From an uncultured Chloroflexia bacterium (GTDB taxonomy: Bacteria > Chloroflexota > Chloroflexia > Thermomicrobiales > UBA6265), in the NCBI GenBank assembly GCA_963720855.1, contig CAVRGV010000002.1, positions 75,994 to 139,993 on the forward strand: DNA of 64,000 bases. The letters run 5' to 3'. The notes beneath the pieces were generated by a model. The model did not search any database. It saw nothing but the letters and a program-made list of their open reading frames with translations, and was not told the DNA's origin. A program made the translations under genes and the position numbers. This document shows, piece after piece, positions 33,900 through 45,065 of the stretch (position 1 is the first letter of the stretch; every line of letters begins with the position of its first letter).

Positions 33900-34842
33900 T
33901 CAGTCATTGCCCTTCGGATCGAGCGCATCACGCAACCCATCCCCGAGGAAGGTAAAGCCAAGCATCACCAGACCAATCGCAATAACTGGGAAGATCAGCA
34001 TATGCGGATCGCTGATGATGTCTGCCGGAGTGCTCGCTGCGCCGACCATTTGACCCCAGGAGGCCTGCGGCGGCTGGATACCGACTCCGACGAAACTCAG
34101 CGCGGCTTCGATAAAAATCGCGGTCGGGATACCAAAGGTGGCAGCCACAATAATGGGGGTCAAGCTGTTCGGCAACAAGTGACGCATGATGATGTACGGC
34201 CCGCTGGCCCCCGCGACACGGGATGCCTTGACGTACTCCTGTTCGCGCAACGTCAGAAATTGCGCCCGAATCAGGCGTGCCTCCGTCGTCCAGCCGATGA
34301 GCCCAATTCCCAGAATGATGTTGAGCAGACTGGCGCCTCGCGCGTTGACGAAGAGCATGACCAGCAACACTTGCGGAATGGTGTAAATCACGTCCACGAT
34401 GCGCATCAGGACAGTGTCGGTGATCCCGCCGTAGAAGCCCGCGATCGAGCCGAACGGCAGCGCAATGCAGCAGGATGAGCGCATACGATGCCAGCCCCAC
34501 GATGAGTGAGACGCGAGCGCCCCACATCAGTCGGCTGAAGATATCGCGCCCGTTTTTGTCCAGCCCCATGGGCCAGTTCCAGCTTGGTGAGAAGCGAGTC
34601 AGGCGAACATCGACCACTTCGCTCTGCCCGTACGGAGCCAGAATCGGCGCGAGGATGGCGATCAGAACGAAACAGACGACGATGATTAGACCGATGAGTG
34701 CGAGACGGTTGCGGATCAGGCGGCGGAACGCATCTGCCCAGAGATTCGAATGCGGCCGGGTCCATTCCTCGCCCTGAGCTCCGAGCGCTTCCAGGCCACC
34801 TTCGTTCAGGAGCGGCGGATTGAGACCCTGACCGTCCCCCAA
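33900..34842 (-). CDS. ABC transporter permease (OppC/DppC-like); one frame break near 34470
   Basis: Fragments 33928..34842 (N-terminus) and 33900..34484 (C-terminus with the EAA-type loop ...REQEYVKASRVAGASGPYIIMRHLLPN). Confidence 0.85.
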
Positions 34843-34910
34843 GAACGACTGGGGTCGGCGTATCGAAACGGTCGGCGGTTCCTGACATCGTTACTCCGGG
34901 AGTAGACCGT

Positions 34911-35849
34911 CTAATACCTGATTCGAGGATCGATGTACGCGTTGACGATATCAACAATGATGTTCATGAACGCCAGGAAGATACCGTAGATAAGCACCAC
35001 GGCCATGATCATCGGCTGGTCTTTGGTGAGCATGCTTTGGACATAGAACTTGCCCATGCCCGGGATGTTGAAGACCTGCTCGACGAAAAACGTTCCGGTG
35101 CCGATAGCCGCGAAGATCGGACCGATAATCGTGATCACAGGAATCAGCGCGTTCTTGAGCACGTGCTTCACGATCACCTTGCGCTCGGCCAGGCCCTTGG
35201 CACGCGCCGTGCGTACGTAGTCGGATCGAATGACCTCGACCATGCACCCTCGCGTATAGCGGGCGATCGAAGCCAATGGTGCGGCGGCCAGCGCGAGCGT
35301 CGGCAGAATCCAGTCCTGCGGCCGCTCCCATCCCTGCACGGAGAAACCAAGGTCGAGCCCACGTTGCGGCAACCAGACCGCGAAGAGCAGAAGCAACAGG
35401 AACCCCATCACGAAGTTGGGCATGCTGTAGAAGAGAATCGCGGTCGTCATCGACATGTAGTCGATCGGGCCGTTCTGATTGACGGCCGCCAGCGTTCCGA
35501 GCGTGATACCGACGACAACAGCCACGATCAGCGCCATGAATCCGAGCTGCAGCGATACCGGAAAGGTGCGCCGGATGATGGTGCTTACTTCCTGTCCGCG
35601 CCAGACATAGGAGACGCCGAAGTCTCCCTGCAGCGAATTCTTCAGGTATCGGCCGAACTGCACGACCTTTGGGTCATCGAGCCCGTATTGGGCCTCGATG
35701 CGCGCCCTCGTCTCCGGGGTGATGCGGTCCATATTGCCCAGCGCAAACGGGCTACCGGGCGTGAACTGCATGATGATGAAGGTCACGCATGCCATGAGAA
35801 AAACAGTGGGGATCAGCAGCGCGACGCGAAAAACGATGTATCGAAGCAT
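34911..35849 (-). CDS. ABC transporter permease (OppB/DppB-like)
   Basis: Intact 312-aa ORF: MLRYIVFRVALLIPTVFLMACVTF...SDYVRTARAKGLAERKVIVKHVLKNA. Confidence 0.9.
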   Translation of the reverse strand: MLRYIVFRVALLIPTVFLMACVTFIIMQFTPGSPFALGNMDRITPETRARIEAQYGLDDPKVVQFGRYLKNSLQGDFGVSYVWRGQEVSTIIRRTFPVSLQLGFMALIVAVVVGITLGTLAAVNQNGPIDYMSMTTAILFYSMPNFVMGFLLLLLFAVWLPQRGLDLGFSVQGWERPQDWILPTLALAAAPLASIARYTRGCMVEVIRSDYVRTARAKGLAERKVIVKHVLKNALIPVITIIGPIFAAIGTGTFFVEQVFNIPGMGKFYVQSMLTKDQPMIMAVVLIYGIFLAFMNIIVDIVNAYIDPRIRY

Positions 35850-36046
35850 GTGATTCGGCTACCCGGTCGTCGACCTGTACCGACTGCTGTGCGGCAGTCA
35901 TTCACGAGCTACTTCGTCGAACCCGCACGCGGATGTGAAGAATGGGCGGGAGTGTAGCACCCCGCCTAACAGGCGACAACTTCACGCATCCACGCGACTT
36001 TCACGTTTTGTGCAGGTTGTCGGAACTGGCCCGCGAATGTTCGGTC

Positions 36047-37539
36047 CTAGAGGATAAAGTTGCTCAGATCGTCGTCGACCGCGATTTCGCCGATCCGCTC
36101 GGTGACAAACGCTTCTTCGATCTCGATCCGCTCACCCGGCCGTTCGTTGGCCGAGAAGGAGATCTCTTCCAGCACCTTTTCGAAGATCGTCTGCAGTCTT
36201 CGCGCGCCGATATCCTCGGTTCGTCCATTCACCAAGCGTCGCCAGCCGCGCCATCTCGCGCAGCGAGCCATCGGTAAAGACCAGCTCGACGCCTTCGGTT
36301 CCCAGCAGCGCCTCGTATTGCCGAGTCAAGCGCATTGCGCGGTTCGGTGAGGATGCGATAGAGATCGTCCTCGTCGAGGCTGCTCAGCTCGACCCTGATC
36401 GGAAAACGGCCCTGTAGCTCAGGGATCAGATCGCTCGGTCGCGAGTCATGGAACGAGCCTGCCGCGATGAACAGGACATGGTCGGTTTTGACCGGGCCGT
36501 AGCGGGTCATGACCACGGAACCTTCGACGATGGGCAGCAGATCGCGCTGCACCCCTTCGCCCGAGACATCACCGCCGTAATCATTGCCGGATGAAATCGT
36601 CTTGTCGATTTCGTCGAGGAAGATCACGCCCGATTCCTCGACCCGGATGATGGCTTCGTCGATTACCGAGCCCGCGTCGACCATGCGGTAGGCTTCCTGC
36701 TGCGTCAGGATTCGCTCGGCTTCGCGCACCGAAACCCGCCGTCGAGTCGGCCGGCGCGGCATCAGGCTATCCAGGAAATCCCGGAACGAGCCCTGGACAT
36801 CGTCGCCGAACTCGTCGCCAAGTCGCCTGGGTCGAATTCGCCTGCCCCACCGAACTCGTCATAGTCGACTTCGATTTCGACGGTTTCCTCGTCGAGCGCG
36901 TGTTCTTGCAGCAAGCCGCAGCATCCGCTTGCGCTCACGCTGCACACGACGCTGCTCGGTCAGGGTGCGACGCGCGTTCTGCTCGTCGTCACCTTCAGGC
37001 GTGATATCCGGCCGTTTGCCATTCCGCACTGGCTTTCGACGCAGCATCTGCTCGGTGACCAGATCCGCCAGCCGCTCCTCAGCGAGCAGCCGCGCCTGTT
37101 CGCGCACTTCCTCCAGCCGCTTGTTGTGCTGGTTGCTGATCGCGACTTCGACCAGATCGCGCACGATCGACTCGACATCGCGGCCGACATACCCCACTTC
37201 GGTGAACTTGGTCGCCTCGACCTTGATGAAAGGCGCATCGACCATTTTCGCCACCCGACGAGCGATCTCGGTTTTGCCGACACCGGTCGGACCGATCATC
37301 AGAATATTGCGCGGGTGAATTTCCTCCCGCAGCTCTTCGGGCAGCAATCGGCGACGATACCGATTGCGAAGTGCGACGGCCACCGCACGCTTGGCGTCGT
37401 TCTGGCCAATGATGTGCAGATCGAGCTCGAGCACGATTTGCGCCGGGGTCAGGTTTTCGACGATGAGCTCGTCGGCTCCTTCGCCACTGGTGCGTCGCAG
37501 TGTTTCAGACCGATCGGTCTGCCGGGCAGCCTCGGCCAT
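36047..37539 (-). CDS. hslU: ATP-dependent protease ATPase subunit HslU; about four frame breaks
   Basis: Fragments 36859..37539 ([34 protein letters not shown]...[13 protein letters not shown]), 36762..36947, 36229..36762 ([10 protein letters not shown]...[10 protein letters not shown]), 36132..36335 and 36047..36271 ([18 protein letters not shown]). Confidence 0.9.
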
Positions 37540-38207
37540 TAGCTTGCCGCTCCCTTCTTGCGTCCGCGGGTTTTCGGTTTCTGGGCGTCGTCCTCGACCT
37601 CGATGATGTCGCCGGCTTGGACGGGTTCCTCTTCGTCGGTTGGAATGCTGACTGACTCGATCGTGAAATGGTTATTGGTGAAAATGCAGATATCGGCCGT
37701 GATCTCCATCGCGGCCCGCACCAGTTCCACCGCATCCAGGTCGGAATGCAGCATGAGCGCTTTTGCTGCGGCGGTTGCGTAGGGAGCGCCCGAGCCAATG
37801 GCCACGATACCGTCGTCTGGCTCGATGACATCGCCTTCCCCGGAAATCACCAGGATCGACTCATAATCCGCCACGATGAGCTGTGCTTCGAGACGCCGCA
37901 AGTAGCGGTCGGTTCGCCACTCCTTCGCCAACTCGACCGAGGCGCGGCGCACATTGCCATCGCCGGATTTGAGCTGGCTCTCGAATTTGCCGAACAGGGT
38001 CAGGGCATCGGCCACCGCGCCGGCAAACCCGGCAACGATGCGGCCATCATCCATCAGGCGTATTTTGCGCGCGCCATGTTTCAGCACGACATCGCCCAGC
38101 GTCACCTGCCCGTCGCCGGCCATGGCAACGGTGCCCCCTTTTTTGACGCCCAGGATTGTCGTGCCATGGGGGCGCACGCCGGTTGAGGTCTCTCGTTCGT
38201 AGGTCAA
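37539..38207 (-). CDS. hslV: ATP-dependent protease subunit HslV with a short N-terminal pro-segment and a charged C-terminal tail of about 36 aa; start codon uncertain
   Basis: Intact ORF: ...[27 protein letters not shown]...[14 protein letters not shown]. The stop TAA overlaps the hslU ATG (TAATG). The track start is a TTG; an in-frame GTG at 38177 is an alternative. Confidence 0.85.
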   Translation of the reverse strand: MTYERETSTGVRPHGTTILGVKKGGTVAMAGDGQVTLGDVVLKHGARKIRLMDDGRIVAGFAGAVADALTLFGKFESQLKSGDGNVRRASVELAKEWRTDRYLRRLEAQLIVADYESILVISGEGDVIEPDDGIVAIGSGAPYATAAAKALMLHSDLDAVELVRAAMEITADICIFTNNHFTIESVSIPTDEEEPVQAGDIIEVEDDAQKPKTRGRKKGAAS

Positions 38208-38311
38208 CGATCAGTGTCTTTCGATTGGGTTCAATAGTCAGGAGCCGCTCGCGATACGAGCGGCTCAACTGGCCAAGTTTACGTTAGGCGGTGGACCGCG
38301 TCACGGAGTGC

Positions 38312-40512
38312 CTACCCGGTCTGTGGCAGCGCCGCTTCGGTATTGCCGCACGCCGGGCACTTCAGATTGCCCTGCTTGCCAACCTGCTCCATGTGCGAAC
38401 CGCAGCGCACGCATTTGGTCTCGACCGGTTTGTTCCAGGTGACGAAATCGCAGTCCGGATACCGGCTGCAACCGTAGAAGGTTCGGCCCTTCTTCGAACG
38501 CCGCTCGACCACGTCGCCCTCATGGCAGGTAGGGCAGGTCATCCCAATCTTGGTCAGCAACGGCTTGGAGTTCCGGCATTCCGGAAATCCGCTGCAGGCC
38601 ATGAACTTGCCGAACTTGCCCATCTTGATGACCATCGGGCGGCCACACTGCTCGCAATCCTCGCCCGCGGGCTCGTCCTTGAGCTTCACCCGCTGGATCG
38701 TTTGCTCTGCTTGCGTGAGGGTGGTCTTGAACGGATCGTAGAAGCTGCGCAAGGTCGGCACCCAGGCACGATCGCCCGATGCGATGTCGTCCAGCTCGCT
38801 CTCCATCTGAGAGGTGAAGCCGATATCGAACACGTTGGGAAAATGTTCGGCAAGCAGATCGCTGACCACGGTACCCAGCTCGGTCGGAATCAGCTTCTTT
38901 TGCTCGGTCGTGACATAGCTGCGCGCCATGAGGGTCGCCAGCGTTGGGGCATACGTGCTCGGGCGGCCGATCCCTTCTTCCTCCAGCGCCTTGATCAGCG
39001 TGGCTTCGGAATAGCGGGGCGGCGGCTGGGTGAAGTGCTGATCGGCCAGCAGCTCGACCAGATCGAGCTCCTCTCCCTCGGTCACCCGCGGAAGCGCGCC
39101 CTTGTCCAGCTCATCCACATCGCCATCGTCACGACCTGCGGTGTACACCTTCATGTACCCCTGGAACTTCACCACCGATCCGGTTGCCCGCAGCATGTAC
39201 GGCGGATTGTCGAGTTCGTCAGGTTGACCGGCCGCGATATCGATCGTCGTCCCGTCCAGGATGGCGGGATTCATCTGGCTGGCAATGAACCGCTGCCAGA
39301 TCAATTGATAGAGCTTGAATTGTTGCGGTGATAGCGAGGCTTTGACTGCGGACGGTTCGCGATTCGGATGCGTCGGGCCGGATCGCCTCGTGCGCTTCCT
39401 GCGCTCCCTTGGAACGAGTCCGATAGAGCGGCGGCGAGGCCGGGACAAACTCTGGACCGAACTTTCCGCTGATCACCGCGCGTGCTGCCTGTTGCGCCTG
39501 GGAAGAGACGTTCAGCGAGTCGGTTCGCATATAGGTGATCAGGCCCTCGATCCCTTCCTTTCCGAGATCGATGCCTTCATAGAGCTCCTGCGCAATCTGC
39601 ATCGTACGCCGGACCGGGAATCCAAGCTTACGCGAGGCTTCCTGTTGCAAGGTGCTGGTCGTGAAGGGGGCCTGCGGTCGTCGCTGGGACTCGCGGGACT
39701 TTACGGACGCGACCCTGAAGACGCCGGCTTTCAGTTCGTCGACGATCTTGTGCGCCTGCTCGCCGGTTGAGAGCTCGGCGTTCTTCCCACCGACCTTGTT
39801 GACTGCTGCCCGGAAGACCACCGGCTTGGCCGGCTCGCGTCTGTTTGAGATCGGCTTCGACTGACCAGTATTCGACCGGGTTGAACTCTTCGATCAGCCG
39901 CTCGCGCTCGACGACGATGCGGAGCGCCGCACTCTGAACGCGTCCAGCCGAAAGACCACGCTTGACCTTCTTCCAAAGGAGCGGGCTGACGCTGTAGCCC
40001 ACCAGGCGGTCCAGCACGCGGCGCGCCTGCTGCGCATCGACCAACGCCATGTCGATCTCACGCGGATGCAGCATCGCTTCCTGGACAGCTTCCGGAGTGA
40101 TCTCGTGAAAGACCACGCGGGAGACCGGCCGGTCACCTGGTTCGGTCGCCTGTACCAGATGCCAGGCGATCGCCTCGCCCTCACGGTCGGGGTCGGTCGC
40201 CAGAATCAGCTCCTTCGCCCCCTGAACGCTGCTTTTCAGGTCCTTGATCGTCTTGTTCTTTTCACGAGGAACCAGGTACTTCGGCGTGAAGTCGTCGTCG
40301 ACATCGACCCCCAACGTGCTCTTGGGAAGGTCACGCACGTGGCCCATCGATGATTTGACCGTGTAGCCGCTGCCGAGATAGCGCCCGATCGCCTTCGCTT
40401 TCGTTGGCGATTCGACGATCACCAGCTTTCCCTTGGGCTTGACAGCCGGGGCGGCGGGCTTCCTTTTTGCCGGGGTTTTCTTGACCGGCGTTTCCTTGAT
40501 GATATCGGTCAT
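38312..40512 (-). CDS. topA: DNA topoisomerase I with a Lys-rich N-terminal extension and C-terminal zinc ribbons; two frame breaks
   Basis: Fragments 39628..40557 (TOPRIM: [19 protein letters not shown]...[14 protein letters not shown]), 39219..39821 and 38312..39448 (several CxxC...CxxC ribbons). The start is MTDIIKE at ATG 40510-40512. Confidence 0.9.
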
Positions 40513-40631
40513 GTGCTCGATTCGATTCGATTGCAGGCTCCAATAGGCCGACGGCAATGCGCGTCGGGGTCAAGTCATGCCTGCGTTGCTTGACGTGCTA
40601 TTCAAACGTAGCACCCTCCGCACACTGCTTG

Positions 40632-41771
40632 TCAAGCAGGTCGCACCGCACGAGATTTCGGCCGCATGGATGTCGCGACAAAATGTTGGGCTCCCGCGTT
40701 GGCGACCAGGCCCTTCAGCTCCAGCATCGTCATCAACGCGGACGCCTGGGAGATCGTGATTCCAGCGCTATAGGCGAGCTCGTCGATATGTTGTGGCTCC
40801 GCGGTCACCAGAGCGTAGATCGCACGTTCTTCGTCGGTCATGGGGAATGCAACTTGAGCTGGCTCATCAGCCGGAACTGCTGATGAGAGCTGAAGATCGT
40901 CCAGCAGATCCGCCGCACAGGTGAGCGGCGTGGCACCCTGCCGCAAGAGCCGGTTGGTCCCATCACTCGCATGGGAAAGAATGCTTCCGGGCACCGCATA
41001 GACATCGCGCCCCTGGTCTGCGGCGAACCCGACCGTGATCAATGCGCCGCTCCTGGCGGGTGCTTCGACCACAATCGTAGCCACTGATAATCCGGAAATA
41101 ATCCGGTTCCTCGCCGGGAAATTCGGAGCGTCCGGTTTGGTGCCGGGCGGATAATCGGAAATGAGTGCTCCAGAATCGACGATGCGTTCGGCAAGCTGGC
41201 GATGCTCCGGCGGATAAACGATGTCGACTCCGCTGGCCATGACGGCCAGCGTGCGTCCTCCTGCTTCGAGCGCTGCCCGGTGCGCGAATCCATCGATGCC
41301 CTTCGCCAACCCGGAGACAATCGTCACTCCGGCCGCAGCCAAATCGGTTGCGATCCGGTTGGTCGCCTCGCGTCCATAGGATGACGAACGACGAGTTCCC
41401 ACGATGGCGACGGTAATGTCCTCTTGCGCTGGGAGCGATCCTCGAAAATAGAGCACCGGCGGAGGGCCCGGGATTTCGCGAAGAATGCGCGGATACTCTT
41501 CGTCCAGCACGGTCACGACTTGTGCCCCGGAACTGGCAATACGTTCCAGCACATGCGCCGGCTCGGTCCTCGAACGCGCAGCCAGCACTGCCCGGCACGT
41601 ACGCTCGTCGAGGACAGCCAGCAAGTCGCGCTCATCGGCCCGCCACGCCAGATCGAGCGTGCCAAATCGATCGCGCAGCCGCCCGAGCCGCACGGGACCA
41701 ATGTGGGTAACTTGCGATAGCGCAACCAGATAGGCCTGCTCCGGCGTGCTGTCGTGCGAACCGAGAACCAT
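40632..41771 (-). CDS. dprA: DNA-processing protein DprA (Smf)
   Basis: Intact 379-aa ORF with the Rossmann-like core VAIVGTRRSSSYGREAT...GLAKGIDGFAHRAAL...FPARNRIISGLS and a winged-helix C-terminus. Confidence 0.9.
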   Translation of the reverse strand: MVLGSHDSTPEQAYLVALSQVTHIGPVRLGRLRDRFGTLDLAWRADERDLLAVLDERTCRAVLAARSRTEPAHVLERIASSGAQVVTVLDEEYPRILREIPGPPPVLYFRGSLPAQEDITVAIVGTRRSSSYGREATNRIATDLAAAGVTIVSGLAKGIDGFAHRAALEAGGRTLAVMASGVDIVYPPEHRQLAERIVDSGALISDYPPGTKPDAPNFPARNRIISGLSVATIVVEAPARSGALITVGFAADQGRDVYAVPGSILSHASDGTNRLLRQGATPLTCAADLLDDLQLSSAVPADEPAQVAFPMTDEERAIYALVTAEPQHIDELAYSAGITISQASALMTMLELKGLVANAGAQHFVATSMRPKSRAVRPA

Positions 41772-42125
41772 CGAACCGCCGTCCCTCCCCTTTACCGCGC
41801 GTCACTATAGCGAACGTACGCGCACTTTGAAAGTGCCGCAAAAACTACGCCCACACCGAACAAACGACGCTCGCCAGAACGTACGATCTGCTATGATGCT
41901 GCTCAGGTCGATATCCTGTTTTTGATGTTTGCGGCATGCGCGTCGTTATACTTGCGCGTGACGACACGTCCCGAATCCCGCATCGGACGAACAGGACCTG
42001 ACGACCCTGAGCGAAAGACCCGGCAGCGCGTCCCGAACGCTTCTGGAAACGGCCGATGCAGTGAAGTTTCGGTGTCGTTCGTTCGAATCCATCCCGCATA
42101 GGGATTCGGGGGTCCAGTCCAGGAC

Positions 42126-43283
42126 ATGAAATCGCTCACGATCGGGCGAATCCAGGGAATCGATATCAAGCTCCACCCGAGCTTTGTATTGATTGGACTG
42201 TGGGTTATTTACCATTGGGGATTCCGGCAGGATTCGGGGGTCGCCGGCACCATCTATGGGCTGGCGCTGGTACTGTCGATTTTCGTCCTGGTTCTCCTCC
42301 ATGAGCTCGGCCACAGCATGATGGCCCACGAATATGGCCTTCGAGTTCGCGATATTACCCTCGTGCCGTTCGGCGGAATCGCTCGAATCGAGCAGATGCC
42401 GTCTCGTCCGCGTGCCGAAGCGATGATCTCCCTGGCTGGGCCGCTCGTCAATATCGCCATCGCGCTCCTCCTGCTGCCGGTTCTGCTGATGGTCGGACTG
42501 GCAAACGGCAACGACTCGCTGCAGGACTTCGCCCGCTTCGGCCTGGGCGATGTTTCGCTCACCGGCTTCCTCTTTTATCTGACGCTCGCCAATCTCACCC
42601 TGGCCGTCTTCAATCTGCTTCCCGCTTTCCCCATGGACGGTGGGCGAATACTGCGGGCTGGCGTCACTCCATTCATGGGCCGGCAGGGAGCCACCACGGT
42701 GGCGGTCGCAATTGGCATCACGCTTGGAGTACTGATCGGCATTCTCGGACTCCTCTCCGGCGAGTACCTGATCGTGCTGGTGATGGGATTCGTGGTGCTC
42801 GCCGCCATAGCCGAAGGGCGCGCGGTTCGCCTCGAAGAATCGATGCGGCGCTTGCGAGTTGGACAGTTCGCCGTTTGGGATCGAGGCGGCGTTTCGCCGG
42901 ACGATCCGATCGCTATGGCGCTTCGCCAGGGCGCCCGCGATCTCGCGGTCACCGAGAACGGCCAATTGGTCGGCATGGTGTGGCGCCAGCAGCTCGTCGA
43001 TGCCATGAGCCATGGCGGGCTTCAGCGACGCGTGTCGGAGATCATGGACCGGCGTTACGTCACGATTTCAAGCGACACATCGGTCCACGAAGCGCAGCGG
43101 CTGATGAGTGAAACCAGTCAATGGGCAATTCCGGTGGCGGATGGCGGATTGTATCGCGGACTCTTTACCGCGGATCGATTTATCCACGTGCAACGGCACG
43201 TTGTTTCGCAGACTTCCGAGCGACGACATTTCGCGCACTTGACCGGATCGCTCAGCCAAACGTTCCGTAGCAGGGTGCGCTAA
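42126..43283 (+). CDS. M50 site-2 protease family protein with a C-terminal CBS pair
   Basis: Intact 385-aa ORF with HELGH, the NLLPAFPMDGG motif, then CBS-like repeats. Confidence 0.85.
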   Translation: MKSLTIGRIQGIDIKLHPSFVLIGLWVIYHWGFRQDSGVAGTIYGLALVLSIFVLVLLHELGHSMMAHEYGLRVRDITLVPFGGIARIEQMPSRPRAEAMISLAGPLVNIAIALLLLPVLLMVGLANGNDSLQDFARFGLGDVSLTGFLFYLTLANLTLAVFNLLPAFPMDGGRILRAGVTPFMGRQGATTVAVAIGITLGVLIGILGLLSGEYLIVLVMGFVVLAAIAEGRAVRLEESMRRLRVGQFAVWDRGGVSPDDPIAMALRQGARDLAVTENGQLVGMVWRQQLVDAMSHGGLQRRVSEIMDRRYVTISSDTSVHEAQRLMSETSQWAIPVADGGLYRGLFTADRFIHVQRHVVSQTSERRHFAHLTGSLSQTFRSRVR

Positions 43284-43397
43284 ACTATCGTTAGCTGCTT
43301 CACTCGGGCAGCGCTCATTCGGTTAGTTGACCGAACCCTCTCGTTCGCCGTACGATCTACTTGCCCCATTTGGAACATCGGCGACAGGATTGCAACT

Positions 43398-43856
43398 ATG
43401 AAGGTTTCCACCAGAGGCGAATACGGCGTACGCGCCATGGTTGCGCTGGCAAAGCACTATGGTGAGGGACCGGCTTCGATTTCGACACTCTCGGCCGAGT
43501 CGGCGGTGCCCTATTCCTATCTGGAACAACTGATTTCTCCCCTCAAAAAGTCAGGGCTAGTAACCAGCCGCCGTGGCGCGGCGGGGGGATATCAGCTTTC
43601 ACGCGCCCCAGAGCATATCGGTATTGGCGAGATCTACCGCGCCATGGAAGGGCCGATTGCCCCGATGGAGTGCGTCTCGGAAGATCTTTCCGAGCAATCG
43701 TGTCCATTGATCCCAAATTGCGAAACCCGTCCAGTCTGGATGGAGGTGCGCAATTCGATCGCGTCCACGCTGGACTCGATGACGCTCGCTGACCTGCTTC
43801 GCAAAGGCGGCGTCGGGAATGTGCCGGCCCCCGATCTCACCAGCGTGGCCGGCTAA
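43398..43856 (+). CDS. Rrf2-family transcriptional regulator (IscR/CymR-like) with three clustered Cys
   Basis: Intact 152-aa ORF: MKVSTRGEYGVRAMVALAKHYG...; Cys pattern CVSEDLSEQSCPLIPNC. Confidence 0.85.
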   Translation: MKVSTRGEYGVRAMVALAKHYGEGPASISTLSAESAVPYSYLEQLISPLKKSGLVTSRRGAAGGYQLSRAPEHIGIGEIYRAMEGPIAPMECVSEDLSEQSCPLIPNCETRPVWMEVRNSIASTLDSMTLADLLRKGGVGNVPAPDLTSVAG

Positions 43857-43880
43857 CCGCCGCCACGACCTCGCTTTCCC

Positions 43881-45065
43881 ATGATTCGCCAGATCGAGAC
43901 CGATTCGATCTATCTTGACCATGCCGCCACTACTCCGGTCGATCCGGAGGTTCTGCAGGCGATGGCTCCCTGGTTTACCGAGTATTTCGGAAACCCATCC
44001 AGCATCTATCAGCTTGGTCAGCAAAGCAGGTCCGCGCTGGACGCGTCGCGCGCGCAATGCGCGCGCGTGCTCCGCTGCCATCCCAGTGAGATCGTCTTCA
44101 CCAGTGGGGCGACAGAAAGCAATAACCTCGCCCTGGCTGGATCGGTCTGGGCATGGCGCGAGCGGAATCCAGCAGGACCGGCCCCGCATATCGTCACCAC
44201 CGCCATCGAACATCACGCGGTGCTGCACAAGGCAGAGTGGCTCGCATCCATCGGATTTGGGCTGACGGTCGTGCCCGTCGACGAGGTCGGCATCGTTGAT
44301 CCGGCAGAGATCGAGGCAGCGATTCGACCTGAGACAGCCGTGATTTCCGTGATGACAGCCAACAACGAGACGGGCGCGATTCAGCCGCTCCCCGCGATCT
44401 CTGAGATCGCACGCCGTCATGGCGTGCCGCTCCACACCGATGGGGTGCAAGCGGCCGGGCTTCTGGCCCTCGATGTCGACGCGCTCGGTGTTGATCTCCT
44501 TTCCCTGAGTGCGCACAAGTTCTATGGCCCGAAAGGAGTCGGACTCCTCTACGTCCGACGCGGTACCCCGCTCAGCTGGCAACAACTCGGTGGAGGACAG
44601 GAAAGCGGCCGCCGAGGTGGGACTGAGAATGTCCCGCTGATTGTGGGGATGAGTGCGGCGCTCACCCTGGCAGAGCGCGATCGGGAGGACTATGCGCGTG
44701 ATTGCCGCGCGCTCCGCGACCAACTCGCCCACGAGATCGACGAGCGCATCGAAGGAGTTACCTTGAACGGTCCGCCACTGGGCGAGAACCGGCTGGCAAA
44801 CAATCTCAACCTGACCATCGCCGGCGTGCAAGGGGAAACGGTGCTGCTCAACCTCGATATGGCCGATGTTGCGGCTTCGGCCGGGTCGGCCTGCACCACC
44901 GGAAATTCCCAACCCAGCCATGTGCTCAAAGCCATGGGCTTCTCGGACGATCGCTGCCGGACGAGCATTCGCCTGACCGTCGGGCGATGCAACGATTCCG
45001 GCCAGATAGCCGAGGCGGCCGAGAGTCTCGCCGATGCGGTGCTACGGATTCGCGAGCTCGGCTGA
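43881..45065 (+). CDS. Cysteine desulfurase (NifS/IscS class I)
   Basis: Intact 394-aa ORF with the PLP lysine motif SLSAHKFYGPKG and the active-site loop SAGSACTTG. Confidence 0.9.
   Translation: MIRQIETDSIYLDHAATTPVDPEVLQAMAPWFTEYFGNPSSIYQLGQQSRSALDASRAQCARVLRCHPSEIVFTSGATESNNLALAGSVWAWRERNPAGPAPHIVTTAIEHHAVLHKAEWLASIGFGLTVVPVDEVGIVDPAEIEAAIRPETAVISVMTANNETGAIQPLPAISEIARRHGVPLHTDGVQAAGLLALDVDALGVDLLSLSAHKFYGPKGVGLLYVRRGTPLSWQQLGGGQESGRRGGTENVPLIVGMSAALTLAERDREDYARDCRALRDQLAHEIDERIEGVTLNGPPLGENRLANNLNLTIAGVQGETVLLNLDMADVAASAGSACTTGNSQPSHVLKAMGFSDDRCRTSIRLTVGRCNDSGQIAEAAESLADAVLRIRELG

Noticed and set aside
42078-42095. A GTTCGAATCC string suggesting a tRNA or tmRNA T-arm.
   Set aside because: The flanking bases cannot form a T-stem (GTTCG versus CCATC). 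There is no acceptor stem and no CCA, and no tmRNA 5' GGGG...CGACGG core lies nearby.
41946-43013. A 355-aa minus-strand ORF.
   Set aside because: It is antisense to the M50-CBS protease, with a His/Arg/Glu-rich nonsense composition.
43599-44921. A 440-aa minus-strand ORF.
   Set aside because: It is antisense to the intact cysteine desulfurase gene, a typical high-GC shadow ORF.
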